A DNA stretch of 64,000 bases from Planctomycetota bacterium (GCA_002687715.1 NZBC01000036.1:4322-68321), one strand, 5' to 3'; positions 26,952-36,179 are shown, counted from the stretch's first letter. Notes: generated from the sequence alone by a model not told the origin. Made by a program: numbers and translations.

Positions 26952-29498
26952 ATGAATCGCAGGGCACTCCCGCTCCTCCTCGTCGCGCTTCTCGGCACCA
27001 CCTCGTGCTCGCAGGAGCCGGACGTCGCCAGACCGCCCGCTGCGGGTGACGTCGCACGGTCCCGCGACGCGCTGAGGGCGTTCGTCGATCGCTATCGCAA
27101 GAGTCCCCGCACCTTCGGCCCGGAAACCCAGGACTGGGCGGACGGGGTCTGGACGTATCAGGCCTGGCGCAGTCTCCTGCTGGCCGGCGTCCCTGTCGAC
27201 CCGACCGCGGGCGCACCTGACGATCGCGCGGCTGCCTTGCGGGGTCTTCGCCGAGATCAGATCCCCACGCTCCTGGTTAGCCGACTGAAGCTGGCGCGAC
27301 TCTGGGGACTGAAGGTCGAGGAGGCCGGGGCCCCAGGCGTACCGTTCCTGCCCCTCATGACCTGGGTGGGGTCGCCGCCACTGGAAGAGCTCGAAGCGAG
27401 GGTGACTGCGGACGTGATGCGGGGCCGTAAGGTCGACGTCGCGGCGCTGAAACAGATGGTCGGATTCTGGCGCGGCCCCGACGGCGGCTATCGCTACCCC
27501 GCCGGCCTCGGCGAGATCTACCCGCGCATCCTCACCAACGCGACCACCTTCACCGCGCCACCGAGACCCCACCTGGGGACTTCTACGTGCGGTGCGATCG
27601 CCGCGGCCGTAGCCTGCCTCACGCAGGTCGGCGTGCCCGTCCCCCGGCTGGACGCGGTCGTTCTGCGGCTACGCGCGCTGCGCTCCGGCGGACATTGGAG
27701 TCAGCAGCGGAACCCACTTCACGACGGAACCGGTCTCTGGGCGACCTGGAACGCACTGCGCGCCCTGTCGATGCTCGGCGTCTCGAGCGAAGCGCCGGAC
27801 GAGATCGCAGCGTGGCTCCGCACTCTGCGCCATCGCGACGGCGGCTTCGCCCATGCCCTCGACGAGCCCGCGAGCCTAGAAGCGACGTGGCTCGCGCTCG
27901 AGTGTCTGCGCCTCATTCAGCGCCCTCTGGGTCCGATGCCATCGAAGCCAGCCGCCGGACGACTGCCGAAGGCGAACGGCGCCAACGACGCATCACTGAA
28001 GCCACTGCAGGCCGTCGTACAAATGGGACCCGATCCAGCGGCTTCGGTGGTCCTCGCCCGTCGCGCGGGCGCGGACCTGTTGCTGCTGAAGAGCCTCGAC
28101 CACGACGAGCCCGCCCTCGTCGCGCGCGCGCGGCGGCTCGCCGCCCGGCTGCCCGGACCGAAGCTCGAGATCGCGTGCGTCCGAGAGGAGCACCGCAGCG
28201 CATGGGGCGTCGAGGGCATCGGGTACGTGACCCACTGCTCGGACGCGGTGTTCGCTCCGGCGGTGACGCTGGGCCAACGTGGCCGTCATCGCACGTTCGA
28301 CGAGATCCTCGACGCGTGGAAGGTCAACCGGTTGAGGGGCTGCGTGTTCTTCTCCTGTTCGTATCTGAATCGCGAGCTGCTCGCGCCCGCCTATGACCGG
28401 TCGTCGCGGCGGTTCGCCGACGGCTATGACGCTCTCATGGTCGGCTGGGCGTTCGCGCGCGGCGGCGACCTCATCCGGGACTATCCGTGGCTCCACCGAT
28501 ACGTTGGACGGATGGCGCTCATCGGCAACCATGACGCCCACGGGGACCCGCTCCACTGGTTCCACCGGGGGATGCGTACCCGCACGCTGTTCTTCGCGAA
28601 GGACGCGTCGGTCGCGTCGTTTCAGGAGGCGGTCCGCTTGGGACGCACGGTCGCGGTCGTGCACGGTCCGGTCGCTCCGGCGTACTGGGGCCACCCGACG
28701 TGGGTCGAGAAGGCGAAGGCGCGTCGCGCGGATTGGGATCGCGGACGTCCGGGGTTCACGCCCGGCGAGTGGCTACCAGCCCCGTTCGCCGCTCCGATCG
28801 ACGCGTCGACGCAGGTCGAGATGCCGTGGGTCACGAGAGGCTTCGGCATCCTCGTTCGTGCCGCGGGCCGCATCGCCGACGACGCGATGCCGCACGAGGT
28901 CACGGTCCGGGTCGGCGGGGAGGATGAGCCGCGGGTCCCGCTGCGCATCGTCCCCGCGGACGGCAAGCGACCTCCGGCACTGTGGGCGCCCCTCCCGGAT
29001 CTGAAGCCTGGTGATCACCTGGTCGTCGTAGAGGCGTTCGGTCAGACCTCGCGCCAGACGCTGCGGTGGGTCGCCCCCGTCGCGATCGCGACTCCTCCGA
29101 CGATGGCTCCACCACCGGCCCTCGAGTTCCGCGGCGCGAACGAGTTGCCGTGGGTGAGCAACACCTCGCTGGCGCCGGGCGACTTCGAAGGGTCGCTGCG
29201 GATCGTGTGCAACCGCGCGGACTTCGCGCTACGCGCGTCGCCTGGGAAGTCGCGCTTGCGCGTGAAGTGGCGTGGCGGGAAGGCCGCCGGTCCGCTGCAG
29301 TTCTTCGTCGACGGCGCGTCCGTCGGCGCGGTGACGCCGAACGGCTCGCCCGGCGAAACCAGCTTCGATTTCGACGGCGCGACAGCCCGCGCCCACCGCG
29401 TCACGTTGCGCACCGCACTGCCCGGCTGGATCTCATCGTTCGATCGCCCGAAAAGCGACCTCGAGTTGCTCCTTCTCGCCGTGGAGACGCGCCCATGA
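26952..29498 (+). CDS. large lipoprotein with prenyltransferase/terpene-cyclase-like alpha-alpha repeats
   Basis: Start MNRRALPLLLVALLGTTSC (lipobox) at 26952. N-terminal half has repeated ...DGGF/DGGY.. W..L.AL motifs like squalene-cyclase/prenyltransferase repeats. C-terminal half unassigned (HxH/GNHDAHGD metal-like motif). Confidence 0.5.
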   Translation: MNRRALPLLLVALLGTTSCSQEPDVARPPAAGDVARSRDALRAFVDRYRKSPRTFGPETQDWADGVWTYQAWRSLLLAGVPVDPTAGAPDDRAAALRGLRRDQIPTLLVSRLKLARLWGLKVEEAGAPGVPFLPLMTWVGSPPLEELEARVTADVMRGRKVDVAALKQMVGFWRGPDGGYRYPAGLGEIYPRILTNATTFTAPPRPHLGTSTCGAIAAAVACLTQVGVPVPRLDAVVLRLRALRSGGHWSQQRNPLHDGTGLWATWNALRALSMLGVSSEAPDEIAAWLRTLRHRDGGFAHALDEPASLEATWLALECLRLIQRPLGPMPSKPAAGRLPKANGANDASLKPLQAVVQMGPDPAASVVLARRAGADLLLLKSLDHDEPALVARARRLAARLPGPKLEIACVREEHRSAWGVEGIGYVTHCSDAVFAPAVTLGQRGRHRTFDEILDAWKVNRLRGCVFFSCSYLNRELLAPAYDRSSRRFADGYDALMVGWAFARGGDLIRDYPWLHRYVGRMALIGNHDAHGDPLHWFHRGMRTRTLFFAKDASVASFQEAVRLGRTVAVVHGPVAPAYWGHPTWVEKAKARRADWDRGRPGFTPGEWLPAPFAAPIDASTQVEMPWVTRGFGILVRAAGRIADDAMPHEVTVRVGGEDEPRVPLRIVPADGKRPPALWAPLPDLKPGDHLVVVEAFGQTSRQTLRWVAPVAIATPPTMAPPPALEFRGANELPWVSNTSLAPGDFEGSLRIVCNRADFALRASPGKSRLRVKWRGGKAAGPLQFFVDGASVGAVTPNGSPGETSFDFDGATARAHRVTLRTALPGWISSFDRPKSDLELLLLAVETRP

Positions 29499-32400
29499 CC
29501 GGGGCGTGGAGGATGATCGTCGCCGGCGTTCTCGCCGGTGCGGCGCTGGGGGTCGTGGAGGCCATCCTCCTCGGAACCGATGGAGAGCTCGGCTCGATCG
29601 TCTTGCCGGTGCTCGCCCGCTACGCATGGGCGGGGGCCGGCGTCGGCGTCTTCGGCGCACTCGCCGTCGGGCTGGTGGGGCGGCGGCCGGTCCCGTGGCG
29701 ACGCGTCGTCATCGCGGGCGGCATCGCGGCGGGCACCCTGGCGGTTCTCTACTTGAAGAACCAGTTCAAGCGCGACCCGGGAGGCCCGGCCGGCGCGGGC
29801 ATGGTCGCGACGACGGCCACCGTCCTCGCGGCACTCGCCCTCGCCGTCGTCTTCCCCGAGCGGAGCCATCGCGGATCGATCTCCCGCGGCCTCGCTCTGA
29901 TGCTCGCCGCGGCCGGACTCGCCATCGTCGACCCGCGTAGCGCCCGCGGTACCTATCCGTCGCTCGACCTGATGCTGCTGGGCTGGGGTATCTCCACGGC
30001 GGCGTTCGGGATCGCCGCGTTACTCACCACGACCGGCCCGCGGACGGGAATCGCGACCACCATCCTCGCGATCGCCGCGCTCGGTGCGATCCGTCTGTCG
30101 GAAGATCCCGCGCGGATGTCCGAGCTCGTGCTGTCGTCGAACCGATGCGACCTGCTCGACCGCACGCTGGTCGCGATCGGCGTGCGCGAGCCACGCACCC
30201 TCGACGATACCCGCGACGTCGTCGACTCTGCTGCCATCATGGATCCGCCGGTGCCGCTTGCGCAGAGCCGCGATCGGTGGCGGGCAATGCGGAAGGGCAA
30301 GAAGCCGTTGTCGTTGGTGTGGGTGACGCTCGATGCCGTGCGCTCGGATGCCACCGGCCTCAACGGCGGACGGCACACTCCACGCCTGGACGCACTAGCA
30401 GCGGTCGGGTTCGGTTTCCCCGCGACCTGGAGCCAGGCGCCGGCTACGGGTTTCAGCGTCGAGTCGTTCACGACGGGCCGCTACACGTCGCGCACCGCCG
30501 TCGCCTTCGGCTGGCGGGCCGGGCGCGCATCCGTGCAGTTCCCTTCCATCGCCGAGCACCTCGGCAAGCGCGGGTTCCGTACCGGGTTCATCACCGGCCT
30601 CCACCAGAACAAGTTCGACGACCCGGAGAACAAGACGTTCTCACGCTTGCCCAACGGGTTCCACGAGCTGGTCACGTCGCCCTCCGACGTGGATGCCAAT
30701 CGAACCGCGGACCAGGCGCTCGAGTGGATCGACAAGAACCGGGCCGGCCGGTTCTTCGCGTGGGTTCACTACTTCGATCCGCACGCGCCCTATGTGCCGC
30801 GGGACGGGCTCGCGGCCGGCGCCGAGCCACGGCGGCTGTGGGAGGGCGAAGTCACGTATGCCGATCGCGCGCTGGGCAAGGTCCTCGACGGCCTGAAGGA
30901 GCGCGGCCTGGAGGACGAGGTCGTCGTCGTGGTCCACTCCGATCACGCGGAGGCGTTCGGCGAGCACAACCGCTTCTTTCACGCGTCCTCGTACTACGAC
31001 ACGCAGATCCACATCCCCCTGGTCATCCGCGTGCCCGGGATGAAGCCCGCGCGCATCGATCGCCCGACGTCCAACGTAGACCTCTTCCCCACTCTGGTGG
31101 ATCTGCTCCAGGTCGAGGCGCCCGACTATCTACAGGGTCACTCCCTGCTGCCGGTCATGCTCGATCCGAGGCTGGAGTGGCCGAAGTTCATGCTGGCGGA
31201 GACGACGATCCTCGAGGATGACGGCCGCTGGCCGGACGATCGGCTGCGAACGATCTCCGACGGTCGCTGGAAGCTCATCGAGTTCCTCTCCGGAAACGCT
31301 CGACTGCTCTTCGATCGCGTCCAGGACCCGCTCGAGACCACGAACCTCGCCGAAGAGCGGAAGGACGTCGTCCGTCGACTCCTCGGGTGGCTCGACGCCG
31401 TCGACCAACGACTCGATGCGGCCGACGCGCGCTATCAAGCGACGACCGTGAAGCTCTCGATCACCGAGTTGCGAAAGCAACTGAACAGCCGCGACGCGCA
31501 CACCCGGCTCACGGCGTTCCAGCGCTTGATGTTCGGCGGCCGGCCGGACGCGCTCGGCCAGCTCGAGGACGAACTCGAACAGCTACGTCCGCAGGCCGCC
31601 CACAGCCTGCTCATCGTGCTCGACCACTACCTCATGGCGGACACGGAGGGGTTGGGCGTCGAGATCCCGTTGCCGGACCAGCCCTCGCCGATGCGGTTCC
31701 GGCTGCTGGAACGGTACGCACGGTCACCGCGGTTCTGGGATCTTCCGATGCCCGAGATCAGCGACTCGATCACCACCCCCGAAGCGGTCGCGGTGGCCGA
31801 AGCGAGGGCCGCGCGTGGACTGCCGGAGCCGCTGACCGCGATGAAGCAGGTCGAGCCCGCATCCCGAGAGCTGTGGAACTTCTTCGCGCCGATCCTCGCC
31901 CGGGGCCGTGATCCGGCCGGCGCGCAGATCATCATCGCGCAGACCCAGCGCAACGACGCCAAGGAAGCCTGGATCGTCCGCGGACTGCGCGCGCTGGCGG
32001 CGGCGGATCCGATCGCGTTCTTGAAGGTCGTCGTCCACATCTGGCCGAGTGACGTCCGCCGCGTGAGCCCGGCCAGGCTCGAGGCCATCGCCGACATGGC
32101 GATAGGCATCGAGCATCCCCACGCCTGGCTGGGATTGCTCGCGCTCCACTCGACGCCCGAAGCGTCGGCCGCGGCGCCGCGGTTGGAGGCCGCACTCTTG
32201 AAGCGGTCCCCGGCGCTCACCCGAGAGCGCGTCGTCCAGCTCAGCCGCCGGTGGGGACGGGCCCGGTTCCTCGAAGGCCGCCTCGACGCCGTTGCCGCCC
32301 TCGAAGCGACGCTCGCCCTCGTTCCGAAGAACACCGACCTCCCCACTGACCAGATCCGCAACGAGCTGACGCGCGCGCGGATCACCCGGCCGACCCACAT

Positions 32401-33130
32401 CCCGGAGTCGCTCGTCGTCCAGCGAGTCACCGGCATCGCGAGCGGCATCGATCAGCTCGTTGCCGGCCCGCCACGGGTTCACCTGAAATGGAGCGGAAAG
32501 TCGCGGCTCCCCCTCGGCCCCGAACGGGTCCCGTTCCTCGGCATCGTGTGGCGACAAGGCGACCGCCAGCAACAGGCAGGCATCCTCGGCCTTCCTCGCA
32601 TCGCGCTCCCCGCGGGCGGCGAGGAGACCTTCGTGATCCCGCTCGACTATCCACGCGGCACCGGCACCTGGCGCCTTGCGGTGACGCTCGAGGACACAAT
32701 CCTCCCCATGGCGTCACCCGCGCCGACATACTCCGTCCCCAAAGTCAGCAAGTGGGAAGGACCCGCCCTCGCGCGGGTCTGCACCGCCTGGCCGCTGCCC
32801 GTTCGCCTCCTCCCCGACGGCGCTCTGTTCGAGGCCTGGGAAGACGGCGACCGCGGGTTCGCCCTGCCGGCGCTCGAGCTACCGAAGGGCAAGGTCACCA
32901 TCCACATGACCTTCCGCGCGTGGTTCGACTCCGACAAACCTTGGCGGCCTCTGGTCTCGCTCGGCGCCACCGGCAAGCGCCACCTCACGGGCGCCGCCAA
33001 GTCCGGCGCCGAGACCACGCTCTCGGTGACCCTGGACGTCCCCACGGCCGGCCGCCACGAACTGTTCGTGCGCTGGCCGCTCCCCGCATCGATCGTTCAC
33101 CTCTACGGCGTGAACGTGGTCGCGCGATAG
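29495..33130 (+). CDS. polytopic membrane protein with sulfatase-like (alkaline-phosphatase superfamily, LtaS/EptA-like) domain and long C-terminal HEAT-like/beta-rich extension
   Basis: Start ATG 29495 overlaps the upstream stop (ATGA). ~8 N-terminal TM helices, then VTLDAVRSD...HYFDPHAPY...VVVHSDHAEAFGEH sulfatase-family metal/active-site motifs. No CxPxR formylglycine motif, so a transferase-type rather than a true sulfatase. 1211 aa. Confidence 0.6.
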   Translation: MTGAWRMIVAGVLAGAALGVVEAILLGTDGELGSIVLPVLARYAWAGAGVGVFGALAVGLVGRRPVPWRRVVIAGGIAAGTLAVLYLKNQFKRDPGGPAGAGMVATTATVLAALALAVVFPERSHRGSISRGLALMLAAAGLAIVDPRSARGTYPSLDLMLLGWGISTAAFGIAALLTTTGPRTGIATTILAIAALGAIRLSEDPARMSELVLSSNRCDLLDRTLVAIGVREPRTLDDTRDVVDSAAIMDPPVPLAQSRDRWRAMRKGKKPLSLVWVTLDAVRSDATGLNGGRHTPRLDALAAVGFGFPATWSQAPATGFSVESFTTGRYTSRTAVAFGWRAGRASVQFPSIAEHLGKRGFRTGFITGLHQNKFDDPENKTFSRLPNGFHELVTSPSDVDANRTADQALEWIDKNRAGRFFAWVHYFDPHAPYVPRDGLAAGAEPRRLWEGEVTYADRALGKVLDGLKERGLEDEVVVVVHSDHAEAFGEHNRFFHASSYYDTQIHIPLVIRVPGMKPARIDRPTSNVDLFPTLVDLLQVEAPDYLQGHSLLPVMLDPRLEWPKFMLAETTILEDDGRWPDDRLRTISDGRWKLIEFLSGNARLLFDRVQDPLETTNLAEERKDVVRRLLGWLDAVDQRLDAADARYQATTVKLSITELRKQLNSRDAHTRLTAFQRLMFGGRPDALGQLEDELEQLRPQAAHSLLIVLDHYLMADTEGLGVEIPLPDQPSPMRFRLLERYARSPRFWDLPMPEISDSITTPEAVAVAEARAARGLPEPLTAMKQVEPASRELWNFFAPILARGRDPAGAQIIIAQTQRNDAKEAWIVRGLRALAAADPIAFLKVVVHIWPSDVRRVSPARLEAIADMAIGIEHPHAWLGLLALHSTPEASAAAPRLEAALLKRSPALTRERVVQLSRRWGRARFLEGRLDAVAALEATLALVPKNTDLPTDQIRNELTRARITRPTHIPESLVVQRVTGIASGIDQLVAGPPRVHLKWSGKSRLPLGPERVPFLGIVWRQGDRQQQAGILGLPRIALPAGGEETFVIPLDYPRGTGTWRLAVTLEDTILPMASPAPTYSVPKVSKWEGPALARVCTAWPLPVRLLPDGALFEAWEDGDRGFALPALELPKGKVTIHMTFRAWFDSDKPWRPLVSLGATGKRHLTGAAKSGAETTLSVTLDVPTAGRHELFVRWPLPASIVHLYGVNVVAR

Positions 33131-33199
33131 GAACTCGCGCCGTAGGAGGGACCGAAGTTCCAGAGGAGAGCCCGGTTCTCCTGATCTCCTCCCAAGAAA

Positions 33200-33230
33200 G
33201 CGGGCCGGCGTCGAGAAAACGCCGGCCCGC
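33200..33230 (+). terminator. GC-rich hairpin downstream of the sulfatase-like gene (GCGGGCCGGCG-N9-CGCCGGCCCGC)
   Basis: Perfect 11-bp inverted repeat 70 nt after the stop. No U-tract, which is common in high-GC genomes. Confidence 0.45.
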
Positions 33231-33614
33231 AAGACCGCATCCCCGCCTGGGACGAGAAGGAGACCGTTGATGGGTCAGACACGTCCCCCGAGGGGGACGG
33301 TTCGGAGGTGCAGCCTGCGGACCGGAGCCAGAGCAATGGAGGTGGTGGAGCGAACCCCAATTTGCCGTTCGCCACTGATTGCTGAAGGACAGAGAGTGTC
33401 GCTCACAGCGAGATGTAGCCTCCCGGTCGAGCCGGGATTCGGGGCCCACCCCACCACCATGTATGACGACGTCGGGACGAGCAGCTCGCCACGACGGGTA
33501 TCCGTATGACGCTTGCCCGGCCGGCGGGCAAGCAGCTGTTTCTGGTTCGCACGGGGTCTGCGCTCGACGTAGACGCCGGGCTGGGTGGCGAGAGCCTGCC
33601 GCGCGTTGTCGAGA

Positions 33615-34028
33615 TCAGTCCCGGGCATCGTCTTCGGCCTCCTCGCCCGTGGTCTGCTCCTCACGCTCTCGGATCAGCGACTTCACGCGATCCAGATCGC
33701 CGGGCGCGAGCTCGCGCGCCGAGAGGAGCTGGCAGACCAGCTCGGTCACATCTCCGCGGAACACCCGATCGGCCACGCGGCTGACGACGTCCTGGCGGAC
33801 GTCCTCCTCCGTGACGGTGGGCCGGTACACGAACTGCCGGCCCGTCACGCGGTGGATCAGCAGCCCCCGCTTCTCGAGGCGGGAGAGCAGCGTGGCCACC
33901 GTGGTCACGGCGAGATCTCGCTGGGTCAGCAGGGCTTCATGGATTTCCGACACGGTGCCTTCACCCCGTTGCCAGAGGGCCTGCATGACGCTGAGCTGCA
34001 GATCGCTGAGTAGAGGACCGTCGGTCAT
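33615..34028 (-). CDS. BlaI/MecI/CopY-family transcriptional repressor
   Basis: 137 aa. N-terminal winged-helix (LSVMQALWQRGEGTVSEIHEAL...TVATLLSRLEKRGLL) and C-terminal dimerisation helix with an acidic tail, typical of the penicillinase-repressor family. Confidence 0.85.
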   Translation of the reverse strand: MTDGPLLSDLQLSVMQALWQRGEGTVSEIHEALLTQRDLAVTTVATLLSRLEKRGLLIHRVTGRQFVYRPTVTEEDVRQDVVSRVADRVFRGDVTELVCQLLSARELAPGDLDRVKSLIREREEQTTGEEAEDDARD

Positions 34029-34076
34029 GGTGTTGTGCGAGGTCGCGGATGCGGGGAGGCAGGGTGCATCGACGAC

Positions 34077-34118
34077 AGATGTAATACTACAGATGTAATA
34101 CTACATATGTAATACTAC
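34077..34118. promoter_or_regulatory. tandem BlaI/CopY operator: three 14-bp repeats (AGATGTAATACTAC x2, ATATGTAATACTAC) giving two TACA-N2-TGTA dyads
   Basis: Read directly. This AT-rich island sits in a 68% GC genome, 50 bp upstream of the repressor start and 120 bp upstream of the divergent thioredoxin-like gene. TACAGATGTA (34088-34097) and TACATATGTA (34102-34111) match the canonical CopY/BlaI box TACAnnTGTA. Confidence 0.65.
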
Positions 34119-34239
34119 TCCTGGGACGGATCTTCAACCTCAGATCGCAGGAAGCTGCAAATCGAGGGGCCGCACCATCTTCTGACCTCACCCTGCTCGC
34201 TCGACGGAGACCGCGGCTCAAGAGGATTATCATGCCGGC

Positions 34240-35388
34240 ATGACGTCGCTCATCTGCGTTCTGCTCGCCAGCCTCGGCCCCGGGTTCGACGAGCCGCCCG
34301 TCTCCAGCTCCGAGTTCCGGAGCCTCCACGGCTCCCTGGTTCCGAAGCAGCGCGCCCTGTGGGAGACGATCCCGTGGTCGGTCGACCTCGTCGCCGCGGT
34401 CGATCGAGCGCGCCGCGAGAAGAAACCGCTCTTCATGTGGTCGATGAACGGCCACCCCATGGGCTGCACGTGAAACAACGGGGTGCTGGACCGTGCGTCC
34501 ACGTTCTCCGATCCCGACATCATCGCGATGCTCCAGACCCGTTTCGTCCCGGTCGCGGTCGACGTGTGGTACGAGGAGCGTCGCCAGGATCCGGCTGGGA
34601 AGCTCTACCGCCGGATCGTGAACCAGCGCGACGGCATGCGGCCCGGGCGCACGACGCAGGGGTTCTATCTCTTCACGCCGACGGGGGACTTGCTGCAGGG
34701 CTGGAACAACCGCGACGTCAGAAAGGTCAAGCGCAGGCTCCGCAAGGCCCTCGCGTCGTACACGCCACCCACCAGCGACCCCGTGGGCGCCGGGTCCCTC
34801 GACCGCCGCTTCGAGCGGACGCCGCCCGTCGGTGCGGTCGTCGTGGACGTCTTCTCGCGCATCGTGAAGGCGAGCTGGCCACCGTCGCAGTCCCGATGGG
34901 ACCGCGTACAGCGTGAAGCCACCGGGCGCGACCACCTGTGGCTCCTGCCGGCTGAGATCACCGAGATCGTCGCCGGGCGCTGGCCCGCAACGGTCACCCG
35001 GCGCATCGCGCGCTTCCACGTCATCGACAACACCCGCGGCGAGCCGCCGATGTGGAGATCGAACGAGGTGACAGCCGCCGCCCTGAAGCTCGAGTCGACC
35101 GCCGATGGGTACCGCCTGGTCGGGAAGATCCAGGTCAAGAGCCGGAAGGGCGATCGCGGCTGCGACGCTGCCCTGCTCGGCCGGGTCAGGGTGAAGGAGG
35201 GCCGCCTCACGCGGCTCGACATCGTCGCCCGCGGATCCTATTTCGGTCATGGACGCTACACGGGCGGGGCACCTCCCGGTTCCTTCACGCTCGCGGTCGC
35301 GTTCCGACTCGCCGACCCGAAGGCGACCTCGACCCGGGTCCCGCCCCAGGGCTCGCGCGATCTCAACGGATACCTGAGAGCGCGATGA
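34240..35388 (+). CDS. thioredoxin-fold protein interrupted by an in-frame TGA at the active-site position (candidate selenoprotein, or pseudogene/split gene) with ~200-aa C-terminal domain of unknown function
   Basis: Track ORFs 34240..34473 and 34483..35388 are in the same frame, separated by a single TGA (34471-34473). The joined sequence ...KKPLFMWSMNGHPMGCT-[TGA]-NNGVLDRASTFSDPDIIAMLQTRFVPVAVDVW...YRRIVN...QGFYLFTPTGDLL reads as a contiguous thioredoxin fold (beta1, active-site turn, alpha1, beta3, cis-Pro-like region). A 5-bp hairpin GGACCGTGCGTCC lies 15 nt after the TGA. The stop overlaps the SDR start (ATGA). Confidence 0.45.
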
Positions 35389-36179
35389 CCCGAATGCTCC
35401 CGGACGCGACGTTCGCGAATCGAACCGTCCTCGTGACGGGCGGCGGGACCGGACTCGGCAAAGAGACCGCACACCGGTTCGGTGAGCTCGGCGCGCGAGT
35501 CGTCATCGCGAGCCGCAAGGCCGAGCATCTCGATCCCGCCGCCGAGGAGCTGCGCGGCGCCGGCGTCGACGTCCTCGCCGTACCGACCGACGTGACGCGA
35601 CCCGCCCGCGTGGCCGCCCTGCTCGAAACCGCCGTCGAGCGCTTCGGGCGGATCGACGTCCTCGTGAACAACGCGGCGGGCAACTTCTACTGTCCGACCG
35701 CGGATCTCAGCCCCGCGGGCTGGAAGGTCGTGATCGACATCGCGCTCAACGGAGTCTTCTACTGCAGCCGCGAGATCGGCCGCCACATGATCGAGCAGGG
35801 CGGAGGCCGCATCGTGAACGTCGTCGCGACGTACGCGTGGACGGGCGGCCCCGGCACCGCGCACTCGGCGGCCGCCAAGGCCGGCGTCTTGGCGCTCACG
35901 CGGACGCTCGCGGTCGAATGGGCTCAGCACGACGTCCGCGTCAACGCCGTCAGCCCGGGTCCCTTCCATTCCGACGGGGCGAAAAAACGGCTCTGGCCCG
36001 ATGCGAAGACCGAGGCCGCGATGAAGGCCCAGGTCCCGCTGCAGAGATTCGCCACCCGCCACGAGGTGGCCGATGCCATCACCTGGCTGGCATCACCCTT
36101 CGCCGATTATGTGAATGGCGAGGTGCTCGTGATGGACGGCGGGGCTCATCTCGGGCGGGGGTTGACCGGCGAAGCGTGA
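35385..36179 (+). CDS. SDR-family oxidoreductase
   Basis: 264 aa. TGGGTGLG cofactor motif, NNAAG, catalytic S...Y(xxx)K (YAWTGGPGTAHSAAAKAG), PGPF. Confidence 0.85.
   Translation: MTRMLPDATFANRTVLVTGGGTGLGKETAHRFGELGARVVIASRKAEHLDPAAEELRGAGVDVLAVPTDVTRPARVAALLETAVERFGRIDVLVNNAAGNFYCPTADLSPAGWKVVIDIALNGVFYCSREIGRHMIEQGGGRIVNVVATYAWTGGPGTAHSAAAKAGVLALTRTLAVEWAQHDVRVNAVSPGPFHSDGAKKRLWPDAKTEAAMKAQVPLQRFATRHEVADAITWLASPFADYVNGEVLVMDGGAHLGRGLTGEA

Noticed and set aside
33267-33509. 80-aa track ORF in the long intergenic region
   Set aside because: Translation (MMGQTRPPRGTVRRCSLRTGARA...) has no protein-like composition or RBS. The region is better explained as non-coding.
34077-34118. Tandem direct repeats considered as a possible mini-CRISPR or mobile-element end
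   Set aside because: There are only three 14-bp units with no spacers and no cas genes. The palindromic TACA/TGTA content and position next to a BlaI-family gene identify them as operator sites.
34471-34503. SECIS element downstream of the in-frame TGA
   Set aside because: Only a 5-bp stem with CGUGC loop is evident. This is suggestive but too short to call a SECIS without a covariance model. It is kept as supporting evidence only, not as a feature.
34087-35472. 461-aa minus-strand ORF
   Set aside because: It is antisense to the thioredoxin-like/SDR genes and would run through the TACA operator. Low-complexity translation.
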